A stretch of 64,000 nt of DNA. Source: a virus. Shown piece by piece: positions 28,881 to 38,155 of this stretch. Position 1 is the stretch's first letter. Each line of letters starts with the position of its first letter. The stretch covers positions 40,286 through 104,285 of IMG/VR virus record IMGVR_UViG_3300045941_000233. One strand, 5' to 3'. The notes under the pieces were generated by a model that did no database searches, was not told the DNA's origin, and saw only the letters and a program-made list of their open reading frames with translations. Both the position numbers and the translations under genes were made by a program.

Positions 28881-29318
28881 ATGCCGTTCCTTGTTTCAGC
28901 CCGAAACCGCCGCGACCGTGAATGGGACATGACCATTTATGAAGACGACGGCACGACTGAGGTTGTGCTGGCGTCTGACGACGTGGTGCGGCTGAAAATC
29001 GGAACCAACGATGAAGAGCCGCCACTGGACCTATCCAGCCTCGATCCGGACGAAATCACGTTTACCGTCGGCACCGGCGATTGCGTTGTTTATTTGACGG
29101 CCGCCCAGGTTGCCGTCCTTGGCGCCGGCGTCTTCGACTGTGAAGTGAACGTGTACGACGAATCAGAAAACAAGTTCAAGCAGGCAGAATACGGCGCTTT
29201 CACCGTTCACCCGACGCAGCTTGGCGAGACCGGCGGCGAGCAGTCCAGCAGCAGCGGCGGGAGCTCGGAATCAAGTAGTTCTGGGGGTAGCTCTGAATCT
29301 AGTTCGTCGTCGTTCTAG
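28881..29318 (+). CDS. small acidic beta-domain protein with Ser tail; paralog of the C-terminus of 29328-32600
   Basis: RNRRDRE.D, DVVR.K, LDLSSLDP..ITFT.GTG.CVV.LTA.Q, GAG..D.E, VHPTQ shared. Confidence 0.8.
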   Translation: MPFLVSARNRRDREWDMTIYEDDGTTEVVLASDDVVRLKIGTNDEEPPLDLSSLDPDEITFTVGTGDCVVYLTAAQVAVLGAGVFDCEVNVYDESENKFKQAEYGAFTVHPTQLGETGGEQSSSSGGSSESSSSGGSSESSSSSF

Positions 29319-29327
29319 CGCCTGCGG

Positions 29328-32300
29328 GTGCGGCGCATGTATTACTACGGACTTCAACAATACGCCTGGCATGAGCTAGGAAATTCCGGCAAGGGGTATT
29401 GGAAGCTGCCGGCGGGCGTTGTCGGCGCGGTCGATCTGCGGACCATTCCCGCCCAATCTCAACGCGGCGGCACTCCGCAAGGCTTTGCGTTTGTTGCGTC
29501 AAAAGATCCTGTTGACGTGCTGATTTCCAGGGCCGAACACCTTGGAATCGAATTGGCCACAACGGAGATGCGTGACGCTTGGGAAGCCGAACTAGGCTAC
29601 CGCCCCAACGGCAACACGGTTGCCGATCTGCTTTGGGACATGCTTACCGCCGGCGCGGATCCGACCGGCGATTCAGCCTGCAAGCCGCTCATGCCGGCCA
29701 GGGATAACTTTTACGAATTGTTTTTGGGCGTCCACGGGCTTGTGAAGGATGAAGAGTTTTCTGCGGTGAGCGCGGCCGGCCTGAAATCGCTCGACTTGCT
29801 GCGACTCGAATATCGCCAGCACCGCCAGGATTCTTTAGACGGCTTGCATCGGGACACAAGGGGCCGGGTGGCACCACAGCATTACCGCAAGATTCTCGGC
29901 TTTTGGGTGCAAAAGTATGGCCTGGACTATCGGGCGTTTATTCCAAGCGACATGCCCGACGAGCGGCCGCTGCAGCCGGAAACGACCATTGTTGACGACT
30001 TTGATCGCGCCGACCAAAGCGGTCTCGGAACAGCGTCCGGCGGATTTACGTGGTCGAATCCTATCGGTAGCGTCCGCTGGGATATCGTCAGCAATCAGGC
30101 AAAGTACGGCGACGGAAGCGAGACCGGCGAGGATATCGAGCGGGCGGATGCTGACCTGTCGGGTACAGACCATTACGTCCAGATGAAGGTTGTCGAGGTT
30201 TTCGATGGCGGCGGCCCGGGCTTCTACAACTCGGCAGACACGATTTCGCGGAAAGATAACACGTCCACCGCGACGTACTATCTTGGCCAATGCTTCATCG
30301 AAAGCGCAATCAGTTACCACCGTCTATACAAAAATGTAAACGGCTCATTTTCGCAGCTTGGGAGCACTGCGGAGACTATCAATGCCAATGAAATTCAGAG
30401 GGTAGAGTGCGTCGGAACGACAATCCGGCTTTTGATCGATTCGGTGATAGTCCATGAAGTCACCGACTCATCGATTTCGACCGGCACGCGCACCGGCATC
30501 CGAAACGATTCAAGCCACGCCGATAATTACACGATTATCGACGATTTTGAGGCCGGCGACCTGGACGCCGACGAATCGTCTGCGAGCTCGGCATCTTCGG
30601 CTTCGTCGGTTTCGTCGCAATCGTCACTATCCAGCCCGTCTTCGCTATCGTCTGCGAGCTCGGCGTCGTCGGCTTCCAGCCAATCGTCGGTGTCCAGCCT
30701 GTCTTCCCCAAGCAGCGCTTCGTCGCTATCGTCCGCGAGCAGCCTGTCCAGCGCGTCGAGCCCTTCGTCGGCTTCCAGCCAGTCGTCAGCTTCAAGTCCG
30801 TCTTCCGCGAGCAGCCAGTCGAGCCAATCGTCGGCGAGCTCGCCGTCTTCCGTCAGCAGCCTTTCGTCGGCGTCGTCAGCGTCCAGCCAGTCTTCGGTAT
30901 CATCTCTAAGCAGCGCTTCGTCGCCGTCGTCGGCGAGCTCAGTTTCTTCCCAGAGCGCTAACGTCACGGCCGGCTATCGGTCGATGGCGGCCTTTTGGTT
31001 AGGTGGTGCCGCGGCAACCCCGGAGAGCGCGGCCAGTTCACAATCGAGCGCGTCGTCTCTTTCGTCGGCATCGTCCCTGTCGTCGGCATCGTCTTTGTCG
31101 TCGGCCAGCAGCGCCAGCAGCCAATCGAGCCAAAGCAGCCTATCGAGCGAATCGAGCTCTTCAAGCCTGTCCAGCGCCAGCAGCCAATCGTCAGCGAGCA
31201 GTCAGTCGAGCGCCAGCAGCCTTAGCTCCCAGAGCTCGCTTAGTTCGCCGTCGAGCGCATCAAGCCAGTCCAGCCAATCTTCGGCGTCGTCTGAGTCTTC
31301 GGCATCGTCATTGAGCAGCCCAAGCAGCGAATCGTCGGCCAGCAGCGTCAATAGTTCGTCGTCGTCCAGCAGCATCAGCCAGGTCAGCAGTTCATCTAGC
31401 AGCGTCAATAGTTCGTCGTCGTCCAGTAGTCTCAGCAGCCTTTCGTCGGCATCGAGCCAGTCATCCGCGAGCAGCCTTTCGTCGGAAAGCAGCCCGTCGT
31501 CCGCGAGCAGCTTATCATCGGCCAGCAGCGCTTCATCGGCCAGCAGCCAATCTTCCGCAAGCAGTCCGTCATCTGCCAGCAGCGCGTCGTCGGAATCGTC
31601 GGCTTCGTCGTCGTCGTCTCTCAGCAGTCAGAGCTCGGCATCGTCTCAAAGCTCGGCAAGCTCACTGTCCAGCGGTTCGAGCGCGTCCAGCGCGTCGAGC
31701 GCTTCAAGTGCTTCCAGCTTGTCGAGCGCTTCGAGCTCTTCCAGTGCGTCGAGTGCTTCGAGCGCGTCAAGCCTGTCGAGCGGGTCCAGCCAGTCGAGCG
31801 CGTCAAGTGCTTCCAGCCAGTCTTCCGCTTCGTCGCTGTCGTCCGGATCGTCGTCGTCCAGCGCGTCATCGGCCAGCAGTGCCAGCAGCCTTTCATCTCT
31901 CAGCAGTGCCAGCAGCGCATCGTCCGCGAGCTCTTCGAGCAGCGCATCGTCGCTGTCGTCTCAGTCGTCGCTTAGTTCCGCGAGCTCGGCCAGTTCCGCA
32001 AGTTCGGCAAGCTCCCTTAGCTCGGGCAGTAGTTCGTCATCGTCTTTTAGTAGTTCGTCGTCTTCGTCCTTTAGTAGCTCATCGTCTTCGTCTCTCTCTT
32101 CGCTTTCGTCATCGTCGCTTTCGTCATCGTCCAGCAGCCATTCGAGCTCTAGCGTCATTGAGGGCTTGGCAACCGCCCGGATGGGCATTGCCAGCTTTAT
32201 GCTTCACGTCCGCAACCGCCGGGACCGCGAATTTGATCTGATAATTTTCGAAAGCAACCGGCCAGTCGAAATTGTGCTGACGGAAAACGATGTCGTCCGG

Positions 32301-32600
32301 TTCAAGGTTTTCGAAAACGAAAAAACGCCAATCCTGGATCTGTCGAGCCTCGATCCGGGCCAGATTACATTTACCGCCGGGACCGGCGAATGCGTCGTCA
32401 ACCTGACCGCCAGCCAGATAGAAAGCCTCGGCGCCGGCGCATGGGATGCTGAAATCAGCGTTTGGGTGGAGTCCGAAGACAAACTGAAGAACACCGGCAG
32501 CGGCGTTATTTTTGTGCATCCTACGCAAACCGGGCAACATGCGGGCGAAGAGTCCAGCAGTTCCGGCAGCAGCGAGAATTCCTCAGTTTCCTCGTTCTAG
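29328..32600 (+). CDS. serine-rich repeat protein 2 (N-terminal domains + (SSX)n tract + C-terminal beta domain)
   Basis: About 410-aa N-region with a lectin-like DDFDRAD...IIDDFEAG domain, about 525-aa SSX tract, 140-aa C-domain; start GTG 29328 or ATG 29337. Confidence 0.8.
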   Translation: MRRMYYYGLQQYAWHELGNSGKGYWKLPAGVVGAVDLRTIPAQSQRGGTPQGFAFVASKDPVDVLISRAEHLGIELATTEMRDAWEAELGYRPNGNTVADLLWDMLTAGADPTGDSACKPLMPARDNFYELFLGVHGLVKDEEFSAVSAAGLKSLDLLRLEYRQHRQDSLDGLHRDTRGRVAPQHYRKILGFWVQKYGLDYRAFIPSDMPDERPLQPETTIVDDFDRADQSGLGTASGGFTWSNPIGSVRWDIVSNQAKYGDGSETGEDIERADADLSGTDHYVQMKVVEVFDGGGPGFYNSADTISRKDNTSTATYYLGQCFIESAISYHRLYKNVNGSFSQLGSTAETINANEIQRVECVGTTIRLLIDSVIVHEVTDSSISTGTRTGIRNDSSHADNYTIIDDFEAGDLDADESSASSASSASSVSSQSSLSSPSSLSSASSASSASSQSSVSSLSSPSSASSLSSASSLSSASSPSSASSQSSASSPSSASSQSSQSSASSPSSVSSLSSASSASSQSSVSSLSSASSPSSASSVSSQSANVTAGYRSMAAFWLGGAAATPESAASSQSSASSLSSASSLSSASSLSSASSASSQSSQSSLSSESSSSSLSSASSQSSASSQSSASSLSSQSSLSSPSSASSQSSQSSASSESSASSLSSPSSESSASSVNSSSSSSSISQVSSSSSSVNSSSSSSSLSSLSSASSQSSASSLSSESSPSSASSLSSASSASSASSQSSASSPSSASSASSESSASSSSSLSSQSSASSQSSASSLSSGSSASSASSASSASSLSSASSSSSASSASSASSLSSGSSQSSASSASSQSSASSLSSGSSSSSASSASSASSLSSLSSASSASSASSSSSASSLSSQSSLSSASSASSASSASSLSSGSSSSSSFSSSSSSSFSSSSSSSLSSLSSSSLSSSSSSHSSSSVIEGLATARMGIASFMLHVRNRRDREFDLIIFESNRPVEIVLTENDVVRFKVFENEKTPILDLSSLDPGQITFTAGTGECVVNLTASQIESLGAGAWDAEISVWVESEDKLKNTGSGVIFVHPTQTGQHAGEESSSSGSSENSSVSSF
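30570..32155 (+). repeat. (Ser-Ser-X)n coding tract
   Basis: SSASSASSVSSQSSLSSPSS... Confidence 0.9.
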
Positions 32601-32658
32601 TGTAAAATCCTGACATGCAGGCACGGCACGCCGGGGGCGGCGCACCGGGCAATGTGCC

Positions 32659-33447
32659 ATGATTTGCAAAAAGGCCGAATGCCTCGTTTTTATGAAGCTC
32701 GCGACCTCCCTCTCGCAAGAGGATGAGGCGCTATTCGATCTGATTCACCCGCTGGCTGAGTCGAGTCTCTTGAATTGGATTGGCCAGGAGCTTCAGCACC
32801 AGCAATTCGTCGAATTCCTGCCGATTGGCCAGTCGTTTTCTAATCGGGCGCCGCTACTCCAAACCAATTATGCCGTGGGCGGCGGCACGCAAGACGTCGA
32901 ATGGCGATCGTCATCGACCGCGATCATCACGGCCGGCAATGGGACCGAGTTTTTGCAACTCGAAAATACGCCCGTTTCGCTCACCGGTCTGCAGGTGAAG
33001 GAAAACCCTGGCGGGTATGCCGGACAGGCCGAAGGAAGTTTTGGCGATGATACGGTTTTGGCTTTGGGGGTCGATTACTACCTGGACGTTGACAATCCGG
33101 CCAGCGATATCAGCAAAAGCGGCATTCTGTACCGGAATGGCTCTTGGCCGACGGAGCCGCGGAGCATCAAGGTAAGCTATTTCGGCGGCTACACTGCCCA
33201 GCAACTAAGCGGAAACATGGCCGGGGTCGTGAAGCTGGCGGCGATGCAGTGCATTGCGGCCGCGTTTTGGAAGGCCAAGGTTTTAGCCAAAACTAACGGG
33301 CTTGGACCGTACACGTCCGAGTCGATCGGCAAATACAGCTATGCCATCTCTTCCATGGCTTCCGCCGGCCATCTGACGTTCGACGTTCCGGCCGACGCCC
33401 GCCGGCAATTGTTCAGTTTGAAGAGCCTTGGTCGAATCTTCGGCTAG
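32659..33447 (+). CDS. head-tail connector/adaptor-like protein
   Basis: GILYRNGSWP..RSIKVSYFGGY, SESIGKYSY; first gene of joining module. Confidence 0.7.
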   Translation: MICKKAECLVFMKLATSLSQEDEALFDLIHPLAESSLLNWIGQELQHQQFVEFLPIGQSFSNRAPLLQTNYAVGGGTQDVEWRSSSTAIITAGNGTEFLQLENTPVSLTGLQVKENPGGYAGQAEGSFGDDTVLALGVDYYLDVDNPASDISKSGILYRNGSWPTEPRSIKVSYFGGYTAQQLSGNMAGVVKLAAMQCIAAAFWKAKVLAKTNGLGPYTSESIGKYSYAISSMASAGHLTFDVPADARRQLFSLKSLGRIFG

Positions 33448-33458
33448 GAGGGCCAGCT

Positions 33459-33842
33459 ATGTCAGCCATCGCGGCCGATTGGAGCGACCGGATTCTCGAC
33501 TATTACGACGACGTGAGCCACGTCGGCCCGCTGGCCGGTTGCACGCACAGCGGCGAGCTCACAAACGCTTCATGCGGCGATCGGGTGGCCATGGAGATGA
33601 TTATTTCGGCCGGCCACAAGATCGTTGCGGCGGCCTTTACGGCCCGCGGCTGTTGTCTTAGCCGGGCGGCGGCCGCGATGCTGGCGGAGAAGATCCAGGG
33701 CCTGCCGCTTGGCCTGGCGTCACAGATTCACGATGACGGCATGATCGAGCTCGTTGGCGTCGGAATCTCGCCCGCCCGCCGGGGCTGCGTCCTATTGCCA
33801 TTGCGTGCTTTCAGGCTGGCGATTGCGGAGTACATCGTATGA
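33459..33842 (+). CDS. IscU/SufU-like Fe-S cluster scaffold
   Basis: ILDYY...NASCGD, FTARGCCLSRAAAAML, GISPARRGCVLLP: three conserved Cys plus Asp. Confidence 0.88.
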   Translation: MSAIAADWSDRILDYYDDVSHVGPLAGCTHSGELTNASCGDRVAMEMIISAGHKIVAAAFTARGCCLSRAAAAMLAEKIQGLPLGLASQIHDDGMIELVGVGISPARRGCVLLPLRAFRLAIAEYIV

Positions 33843-34213
33843 GCGTCGAAGCGCTTTGCACTGGCGATAAAGTCGTCAAACAGGAAGCGGCCATCACTAA
33901 AGGCGGCATGGGCGGGCAAGCCCGTTCGTTTTCGGACGTCGGCGCCGCGATCGACTGCCTCGTCCAAGACGTCGGCCGCGGACAGTCTGTCATGTTCGAG
34001 GCCCGCGGACAGCGGCACAGCCACGAAGTTTTCTTTTCGTCGGACGTGCAATTAACCACAAATAACCGCCTAAAACAGACGGTCTCCGGCAATCGAGCGC
34101 TCTCAGTGCCCGTTTATCTGCGCGTGCTGGCGTATTATTCGGAAGGCCGTCCTGGCGAGAATTATTTGTGGATTGCCGCCTGCGAGCAGGAAACGACGCG
34201 GCCGGAAAGTTAG
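33839..34213 (+). CDS. head-closure (stopper)-like protein
   Basis: GGMGG loop, size and synteny. Confidence 0.6.
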   Translation: MSVEALCTGDKVVKQEAAITKGGMGGQARSFSDVGAAIDCLVQDVGRGQSVMFEARGQRHSHEVFFSSDVQLTTNNRLKQTVSGNRALSVPVYLRVLAYYSEGRPGENYLWIAACEQETTRPES

Positions 34214-34216
34214 CCA

Positions 34217-34561
34217 ATGTCACCAGTCACAATAGCTTGGTTTGGCGCCAAGATTCTCCAAGAATTCAAAATGGAGATGAAGCGGCGGGCGATGCGCGCG
34301 GCCCGCACTCTGGCTAATCAACTCGCCGACAACATCGACACGCCTGGACCGCAAGCCAGTGCACCGGGCGAGTTTCCGCATGCCCAGACTCGCGAATTGT
34401 TGTATTCGATCAACGTCCATGACGACGGCGAAATGGGCGCCTCAGTGTCGGTTGACGCCGAGCATGCGAGATTTGTCGAGAAATCGCGGCCGTTTTTCGA
34501 TCGCACAATACGAGATTGCGAACGTAGAATCGAAAAAATTCTGTCCGCACCAATGGACTAG
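34217..34561 (+). CDS. HK97 gp10-like neck protein
   Basis: SAPGEFP..TRELLYSI, HARFVE, RPFF. Confidence 0.7.
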   Translation: MSPVTIAWFGAKILQEFKMEMKRRAMRAARTLANQLADNIDTPGPQASAPGEFPHAQTRELLYSINVHDDGEMGASVSVDAEHARFVEKSRPFFDRTIRDCERRIEKILSAPMD

Positions 34562-34567
34562 CCGACA

Positions 34568-35020
34568 ATGGCAGACGCCCTAGCTACCCTAATTACCGGC
34601 ATTGTGACTAAATGGGACGCCACCGCCACGCTTACAAACGGCATTCCGGGCGGGTTGCATTTTGCTGAGCGCCCGGCCGACGATCAAGCCAACCCGGTCA
34701 TTGGCAGCGATTTCCAGCCTTACGCGATACTTCCCAGCCGCGAGCAGCAGTCTAGGCTTTTGGCAATGTCTTGCGGGTCAGAGCTTTGGGAGCATGAGAT
34801 ACTTTTTAGGGTCTATGGCGCCACCCCGGAGCTCTGTCAGACCTATGCCGGACTGGTCAGAGCCATTTACGATTCAGACTCGCTTGCATTAATCTTGGCA
34901 GAGGGGTCGATGGTCAAACATCGGCCCACCGGCGACGTTCGATACGTCCAGGCAGACAAGAGTGTTTTTTATGTCGATTTGCCGTATGAGTTCGTAACCC
35001 AAAAGGACCGCACGGCATAG
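34568..35020 (+). CDS. tail terminator-like protein
   Basis: PYAI, FRVYG; synteny before tube gene. Confidence 0.55.
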   Translation: MADALATLITGIVTKWDATATLTNGIPGGLHFAERPADDQANPVIGSDFQPYAILPSREQQSRLLAMSCGSELWEHEILFRVYGATPELCQTYAGLVRAIYDSDSLALILAEGSMVKHRPTGDVRYVQADKSVFYVDLPYEFVTQKDRTA

Positions 35021-35064
35021 ACCGTACACGCCGGGGGCTAAGCGACTGTCTCGGGAGATAACCG

Positions 35065-35442
35065 ATGGCAGCCGTTTCTGGTCAGTACGGAAAAATTACG
35101 ATCGCGACTTCGAACGTCACCGAATGCAGCTATTGGAGCTTCGATCGGACGGCCGCCGAACACGCTTACGCATCATGCGCGACCAACGGCTACAAAAAGC
35201 GCGTGGCCGGCACGAAGGACGGCAGCGGGAACCTGAAGGGATGGCAGGATCCGTCGGCGATGATCGAAACCTATTTCGTGGAAGGCGATTTGCCGACGCT
35301 GCGTTTGTATATTTCGGCGGCCAAGTATTACTCTGTGCCGTGCATGATTACCCGTCTGCACACTGAATGCGATATCGACGACGGCGCCATCATTCCATGG
35401 GAGGCTGATTTCGGCGTCAACGGCGCCTGGTCGATCGTGTAA
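35065..35442 (+). CDS. tail tube protein
   Basis: SGQYGKI..WSFD..GYKKRVAGTKDGSG..F..NG, typical of short tube proteins. Confidence 0.7.
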   Translation: MAAVSGQYGKITIATSNVTECSYWSFDRTAAEHAYASCATNGYKKRVAGTKDGSGNLKGWQDPSAMIETYFVEGDLPTLRLYISAAKYYSVPCMITRLHTECDIDDGAIIPWEADFGVNGAWSIV

Positions 35443-35468
35443 TCTTTTTTAGGAGAATCGGGGGCCAG

Positions 35469-35939
35469 ATGCAGGATATTAGTCGTGTGACCGGCGATGG
35501 AGTCATCGTCGAGTCCAATGTGAAGGGCCGCACATTTGTTTTGAGCGGCATGACGTTTGAGGATCTTGGCGCTGTCCAAAAAAGGTTTCTGAGAGACAAA
35601 CGCGAGCGGCTACTTGAGGCCGCCAAGATTCGCGCAGACCTTGAAGACACTCCGGAAGCCCGCCAGGAAGTGATGGACAAGGCGCAGGCGGCAGCGACCC
35701 AGATAGCCTACCTGTCGGACGAAGAATTCAACAGCATCGTTAAATCGCCGTTCGGGGCCACAGAGCTTTTGTGGGTGCTGTTCCAAAGACAGTTTCCTAA
35801 TCAAGTGACCAGGACAGAAATTATCAGGATGGCAAACGCTGGCGAGTTTCCAGCGGATAGCATGACGCAGCTTATTTCTGAGTTACTTGGCGGGAGTCCA
35901 GGGGGAAACTCGACTGGCCAGAGCAACGATTCCAAGTAA
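35469..35939 (+). CDS. tail assembly chaperone (G)
   Basis: Between tube and tape measure genes; slippery site near 3' end. Confidence 0.7.
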   Translation: MQDISRVTGDGVIVESNVKGRTFVLSGMTFEDLGAVQKRFLRDKRERLLEAAKIRADLEDTPEARQEVMDKAQAAATQIAYLSDEEFNSIVKSPFGATELLWVLFQRQFPNQVTRTEIIRMANAGEFPADSMTQLISELLGGSPGGNSTGQSNDSK

Positions 35940-36286
35940 GTTTCGATCCGACTAGCCCGGCCGGCTGGCGGTATTTGCTCTGGCTGCTTGTCCGGCCACC
36001 CGAAGCTGGCGGGTTGGGGATGGACCCTATCTCTGCCAAGCGACTTACACTGGGAGAAGCGCACCTATACTTGTCGGGCGAGGACTCGATCAAATCTGCC
36101 TGCCGCAAAATGAATCAGGCATCGCACTTTGGCCGCAAAGCGACACCGGAAGATATACGCGAGGCTCACCGCCGGAGCATGACCGAGCGCCGCAAGTATT
36201 TCACTGGCAGCGAAGATATTGGTCTAACAGAGGCAGAACAAAAAGACGTCGGCAAGGAAGAGCCGCTGGGGGCTTTTTGGGGATAG
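35903..36286 (+). CDS. tail assembly chaperone -1 frameshift extension (GT)
   Basis: G GGA AAC at 35903-35909 in phase; -1 frame open to 36286. Confidence 0.7.
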   Translation, partial: GKLDWPEQRFQVSFDPTSPAGWRYLLWLLVRPPEAGGLGMDPISAKRLTLGEAHLYLSGEDSIKSACRKMNQASHFGRKATPEDIREAHRRSMTERRKYFTGSEDIGLTEAEQKDVGKEEPLGAFWG

Positions 36287-36290
36287 TGTT

Positions 36291-38054
36291 ATGTCGAGAA
36301 TCCTGGCGAATCTGGTTGTTAATATCGGCGCCAACCTGGCACCGCTGAAGAGCATCTTGGGGCAGGCGCAGGGCATGGCCCTTGGCATGCAACTCAGCAA
36401 AGGAATTGATCTTGCGCTCTCCGGAATGCGCGGCCTGTTTGCCGCTGGCATCGGAGTAAACGCCGAATTGGAGCAGATGACGGCCGGATTTGAGGTCATG
36501 CTTGGATCGCAAGAAAAGGCGGTCAAGTTAATGGGCGATATTCGGAAATTCGCCGCGGAGACTCCATTCGAGTCCCCCGCCGTAGCGCAGCTTGCCACGC
36601 AACTTCTGGCAACCAAAAAAATCGCCGAAGATAAAGTCATGCCGGCAATTCGGAAGCTTGGCGATGCGGCCGCTGGCTCCGCGAAAGGATTCGAAGCTCT
36701 GCCGCGGATTGGGCTGGCTATCTCTCAAATGCTCGGAAAGGGAAAGATTACAGCGCAGGACATGAATCAAATCGCCGAAGCCGGCATACCAGCCTGGTCG
36801 GCGCTTGCGGAAGCAACTGGTAAATCGGAAGCGCAGCTTCGCGAAATGTCCGAGTCCGGAAAGCTCGGTATGAATTCGGTTTTGATGCTGATCGATGCAC
36901 TCGGCAAGCGATTTGATGGTATGGCGGTTAAGCAGTCCAGAACTTACAAGGGTCTCTTCAGCACGATCAAAGACAATTTTTCGATGGGACTAGGGCGTGT
37001 TTTCGAGCCCATTTTCAATCGGCTAAAGAAAGTGCTGGAATGGGTTGCCGATTTCACGAAGAGCCCCGACTTCACTGCCTGGACGGATCGGCTTGCCGCC
37101 GGCATGGAATGGTTTGGAAAGATGGCTGAAGCCGGGGTCAAGGGGCTGCTTAGCGGTATTGAGCTCGCGATTAAAGCCGTGACATTTTTCGGCGAGCACT
37201 GGAAGACGATCTGGGATTTTGTTGTTGCGCAGGGCATCGCCAGCGTTTCCTTGCTTTGGGACAGGTTCAAGTATCTCCTGAATGAGCAGGTTCCGTTTGC
37301 GATCGTCGCCATGTGGGAAGGCGCTTTGGCTGGCGGCAGAAAATGGCTGGAACATCTCGGCACCGAAATGAAAGCGTGGATGGATTTCTTTAAGGACTTG
37401 TTTATCGCTGTCTTTGACTCAATTTCTGTGAGATTTCAGGGGCTGATGAAGGCATGGGAACAGGTCAAGGCCGGCAAGCTCGGGAATGCTTTTGAAGAGC
37501 TCGTCAAGGGAAACGCGGCCGGAGATGCAGCGCTGGCCGGCGGAGCGGTGAACGCCGCAAGCAACTTTGCTGCCACGATGGGCGGCATGGCCGTTGATAT
37601 CGGCGCGGCCGTTGCTGACGCTGTTGGTGAGGTTATGTCAGCAATGCCAGGTTTCGAGCCGTCTGACAGAACAAAGGGACTTCAGGGCGTTGCCGACGAA
37701 ATCGGCAAAAGATTAGGCGAAGCATGGAACGCGGCCGGAATGCCGAATTTATTCAAGGCTCCGGAAAAACCAGCCGGCGCCCCTGGTGGCAATGTTGCTG
37801 GTGCAGGCGGTCTTGAGGACACCGGCAAGGGTAAGGTCAAATCCGAATTCCTGGCGCTCGACGAGCTCAACAAAAAGATCCAGTCGTCGATCACCGACAA
37901 GGAGGCCAAGGACCGCAAAAAGGCGATTGCCGCGGCCGAACGCGGCGCCGACGCCGGCGAAAGGGTTGCCGTATCCACCAATCACATTAACGAGTCCATG
38001 CGGACGCTTCCGCAGAGAATCGCCACCGAAGTCAATCTGGGCTACGTGGCCTAA
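36291..38054 (+). CDS. tape measure protein
   Basis: FEVMLGSQEKA, FAAETPF, LGDAAAG, KGKITAQDMNQIAEAGIP, QSRTYKGLFSTIKD. Confidence 0.92.
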   Translation: MSRILANLVVNIGANLAPLKSILGQAQGMALGMQLSKGIDLALSGMRGLFAAGIGVNAELEQMTAGFEVMLGSQEKAVKLMGDIRKFAAETPFESPAVAQLATQLLATKKIAEDKVMPAIRKLGDAAAGSAKGFEALPRIGLAISQMLGKGKITAQDMNQIAEAGIPAWSALAEATGKSEAQLREMSESGKLGMNSVLMLIDALGKRFDGMAVKQSRTYKGLFSTIKDNFSMGLGRVFEPIFNRLKKVLEWVADFTKSPDFTAWTDRLAAGMEWFGKMAEAGVKGLLSGIELAIKAVTFFGEHWKTIWDFVVAQGIASVSLLWDRFKYLLNEQVPFAIVAMWEGALAGGRKWLEHLGTEMKAWMDFFKDLFIAVFDSISVRFQGLMKAWEQVKAGKLGNAFEELVKGNAAGDAALAGGAVNAASNFAATMGGMAVDIGAAVADAVGEVMSAMPGFEPSDRTKGLQGVADEIGKRLGEAWNAAGMPNLFKAPEKPAGAPGGNVAGAGGLEDTGKGKVKSEFLALDELNKKIQSSITDKEAKDRKKAIAAAERGADAGERVAVSTNHINESMRTLPQRIATEVNLGYVA

Positions 38055-38155
38055 GTCCGGCGCGATTGCCAAACATTGCCGCCCGCTGGCACACTAACCA
38101 ATTGAGCCGGGGGCCAGCGATTGCACTACTACCGCAACCGCTGGGACGGCAATAA

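Noticed and set aside
27566-32188. Antisense D/E/L/A-rich ORFs and off-frame Arg-rich ORFs in the Ser tracts
   Set aside because: Direct by-products of the Ser codon repeats
25560-32600. Five consecutive genes in the same reading frame, suggesting stop-codon readthrough or recoding
   Set aside because: Separators are different stops (TAA, TAA, TGA-TAA, TAG) and all three stop codons end genes normally elsewhere; probably chance plus duplication
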